Assembly (NCBI RefSeq): GCF_018350175.1
Contig: NC_058375.1
Location: forward strand, 9,796,001-9,860,000
DNA from: Felis catus
Lineage: Eukaryota
DNA length: 64,000 nucleotides
Direction: 5' to 3'
Position numbers and translations under genes: made by a program. Shown in pieces: positions 61,816-64,000 of the stretch; position 1 is the stretch's first letter, and each line of letters begins with the position of its first letter. The notes under the pieces are model-generated. The model made no database searches. It was not told the origin of the DNA and saw nothing but the letters and a program-made list of their open reading frames with translations.

Positions 61816-62020
61816 GTTTAAAGTTTACTTACTTAGAGAGTGAGAGAGCATGAGTGGATAAAGGACAGAGAGAAAGGGGGGGAGAGGGAACCCCAAGCAG
61901 GCTCCACACCGTCAGCACAGAGCCCGAGGTGGGGTTTCAGACTCACACACTGTGAGATCGTGACCTGAGTCGAGATCAGGGATCAGTCAGCTAACCAACG
62001 GAGCCACCCGGGCGTCCCCC
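61815..62020 (-). mobile_element. Can-SINE
   Basis: ccaagcaggctccacaccgtcagcacagagcc…gagccacccgggcgtcccc. Confidence 0.85.
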
Positions 62021-62489
62021 ATTCTCTTTCTCTTTCTGACTAATGCTTCAGAGCCCTCAGGTCAGCTTGTGGGATCAGGGCAGTGGTCCTTTGAGCTGAT
62101 CAGATGGCGTACCCTTGACTCCAGGCTCTTAAAGGGAAAGGAGCCTACTTGCTGGTGTGAAGGACAGTGTGGCAGCCACAGCTGCCCCCTTCGGCATCTC
62201 CCATCCTCAGCCCCAGGGAGGGTTTCTCGGCATCCTGGTGACCTCCTGAGGATGCAGCTACTGTCAGTGACACCCCCTGTCCCATACCTTGACCTCAGCG
62301 AGTTCCCACCAGTGGTGTTTGTTTGAGGGGAAGGTGACAGGGACAAGTTGGATCCTTGTGACGGTGGATATAAGCAGCGTGTGCAGGAGCCCTGACTTGC
62401 GAGCAGCGGAGCCTTCCCACGGGTCCTACGTTAGAAGCCGCAGCTGGTCTCTCGTTGGCTTCTTTTTCCGGGGATCGGTTTGTCAGAGG

Positions 62490-62740
62490 CAGGGCCGTGT
62501 GGTTATTAGGATGGACTTGAGAACTCAACTGCTTAGGTTCAAACCCCACTTCGCTGATCACTAGCTGTGTGACCTTGGACAAGTAGCTTAACCTCTCTGT
62601 GCCACAGACTCCTCATCTGTAAAATGGAAATCGTAGTCTACTTCCTTCACAGGGTTGTGGTGAGTCTGACAATGAGTTAATAGGAGTGAAATGCTCATCA
62701 CGGTGCCTGCCACAGAATGCATTATGTATATGAACATTTG
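62490..62740 (+). mobile_element. MIR SINE
   Basis: ctagctgtgtgaccttggacaagtagcttaacctctctgtgcc…ctcatctgtaaaatgg. Confidence 0.8.
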
Positions 62741-62741
62741 T

Positions 62742-63310
62742 AGTCTGTTTTAGTTAGTTCAGGCAGCTATAACAGAATACCGTAGACTGATGCCTTAAAC
62801 AAAAACACGTACTTTTCACAGTTCTGGAGGCTGGGTAGTCTGTGATGAGGGCCCACCGCCTGGTTTGCAGATGGCTGCCTTCTCATCCCAACTCCCATGG
62901 AGGGGGGGGGGAAAGAAGTTCTTGTCTCTCTTTTAAAATTTGTTTTAAAAATTGTAATGTTTTTAAAATTTATTTTTGAGAGAGAGAGAGAGACAGAGAA
63001 CAAGCAGGGAAGAGACAAAGAGAGAGGGGGACACAGGATGTGAAACAGGCTCCAGGCTCTGAGCTGTCAGCACAGAGCCCCACACAGGGCTCAAACCCAC
63101 CAAGGTGAGATCGTGACCTGAGCCGAAGTCGGATGCTCAACTGCTGAGCCCCCCATGTGCCCCTCGTGTCTCTTCTAATGACCCTCATCCCACGTAAGGG
63201 CTCCCCCCTCACGACCTCAGCACCTCCCATAGGCCCCACCTCCAAATACCATCACAGTGGGGATTAGGATTCCAACATGTGAATTTTGGGAGGACATTCA
63301 GTTCATAACA
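62742..63310. mobile_element. MLT1A-like LTR split by a Can-SINE (62931-63163, minus strand)
   Basis: gctataacagaataccgtagact…cacagttctggaggctgg…ggccccacctccaaataccatcaca…gacattcagttcataaca. Confidence 0.82.
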
Positions 63311-64000
63311 CTGTCGTTATTACTGTTCCTTATTAGCACATCATCGCTATCCTGCCTAGCCAGACAGAGTTTAGTAACACCAGGAATTAAGGCATTCCTT
63401 GTGGTCTTGTGTTTCTGACCAGTAAAAAGTTGCAACTTTTTTCCTTTGGCTAATCATTGTGGTTAAAAAAAAAAAAAAAAATTCCCCACCTTCAACATTG
63501 GTTATTCTCTTGATCCCCAAGGCCAGGAATCACACCAGATCTGTGAGAAATCCTATCCGCTAATCACAAAAGGGTGTTTAAAGAAGGTCCTCATTGGACC
63601 CAGCTTACCTAGGACAGGCCTAGCTCATGTCTGTCTTCCAGTGTAATTACTATAGCACCTCATTCATTCTCAAGCATGTTCTCCTTTACATGATACATTA
63701 GATGGTCAGCCTTAATAAGGGGCAGCTGAATAAATAAAATTCAAATTCTAGTTAAAAATGTGGAGCATCCAATGTCGGAGGAAGTAGTCTAAGGCCCAGA
63801 CAGTCAGCGGAAGAAGTGAATGTTTGGTTTGGAACAGGGGCCGGACAGATCAGGTGAACTGGGCGCCCGTTCTCAGCAGGACTATGGGGGTTGCTGATGT
63901 GGCCAGATCCTGTTCTCCAAGAGAACCCTGCAGTCCTGACTTTCCTATAAGATTCTCCCAGTTTTTGAATGCGTATCACCAAATGCAAGATGTCAAATCC

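Overview
Mammalian nuclear DNA from a feliform, most likely felid, carnivore: about 23 tRNA-derived Can-SINEs of the cat type, cat-type L1 3' ends, and three N-gaps typical of a short-read scaffold. The window holds the 3' end of PRDM2 (RIZ) on the + strand: the last RIZ1 coding exon 5765-5908 (…YSLRLASRCPPPAAPYITRQCRNVKATAAAQFQGPLFKE*), the terminal exon from 10513, and AATAAA at 12353. About 42 kb of repeat-rich intergenic DNA follows, then a CpG-island promoter and a 91-nt first coding exon (55468-55558, MDSTLAPAGSATGPVTFSHVFGQQCQLMEA) that I recognise from memory as the far-upstream start of the long KAZN (kazrin) isoform, matching the PRDM2-KAZN gene order on human 1p36. Most notable unexplained signals: (i) an orphan CpG-island promoter about 2.4 kb past the PRDM2 poly(A) signal, with a perfect RFX X-box, an ETS site, six CRE cores in about 105 bp and splice donors; (ii) the PRDM2 penultimate exon is open in a second frame that ends in the last exon; (iii) a perfect 24-bp palindrome; (iv) a homeodomain-motif-dense enhancer-like block; (v) several clear retrotransposition scars (3' transduction, micro 5' inversion, two SINEs at one nick). 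Almost all ORFs in the supplied track are spurious GC-rich or repeat-derived frames. Gene and repeat names come from recognition, not database searches; repeat boundaries are approximate.
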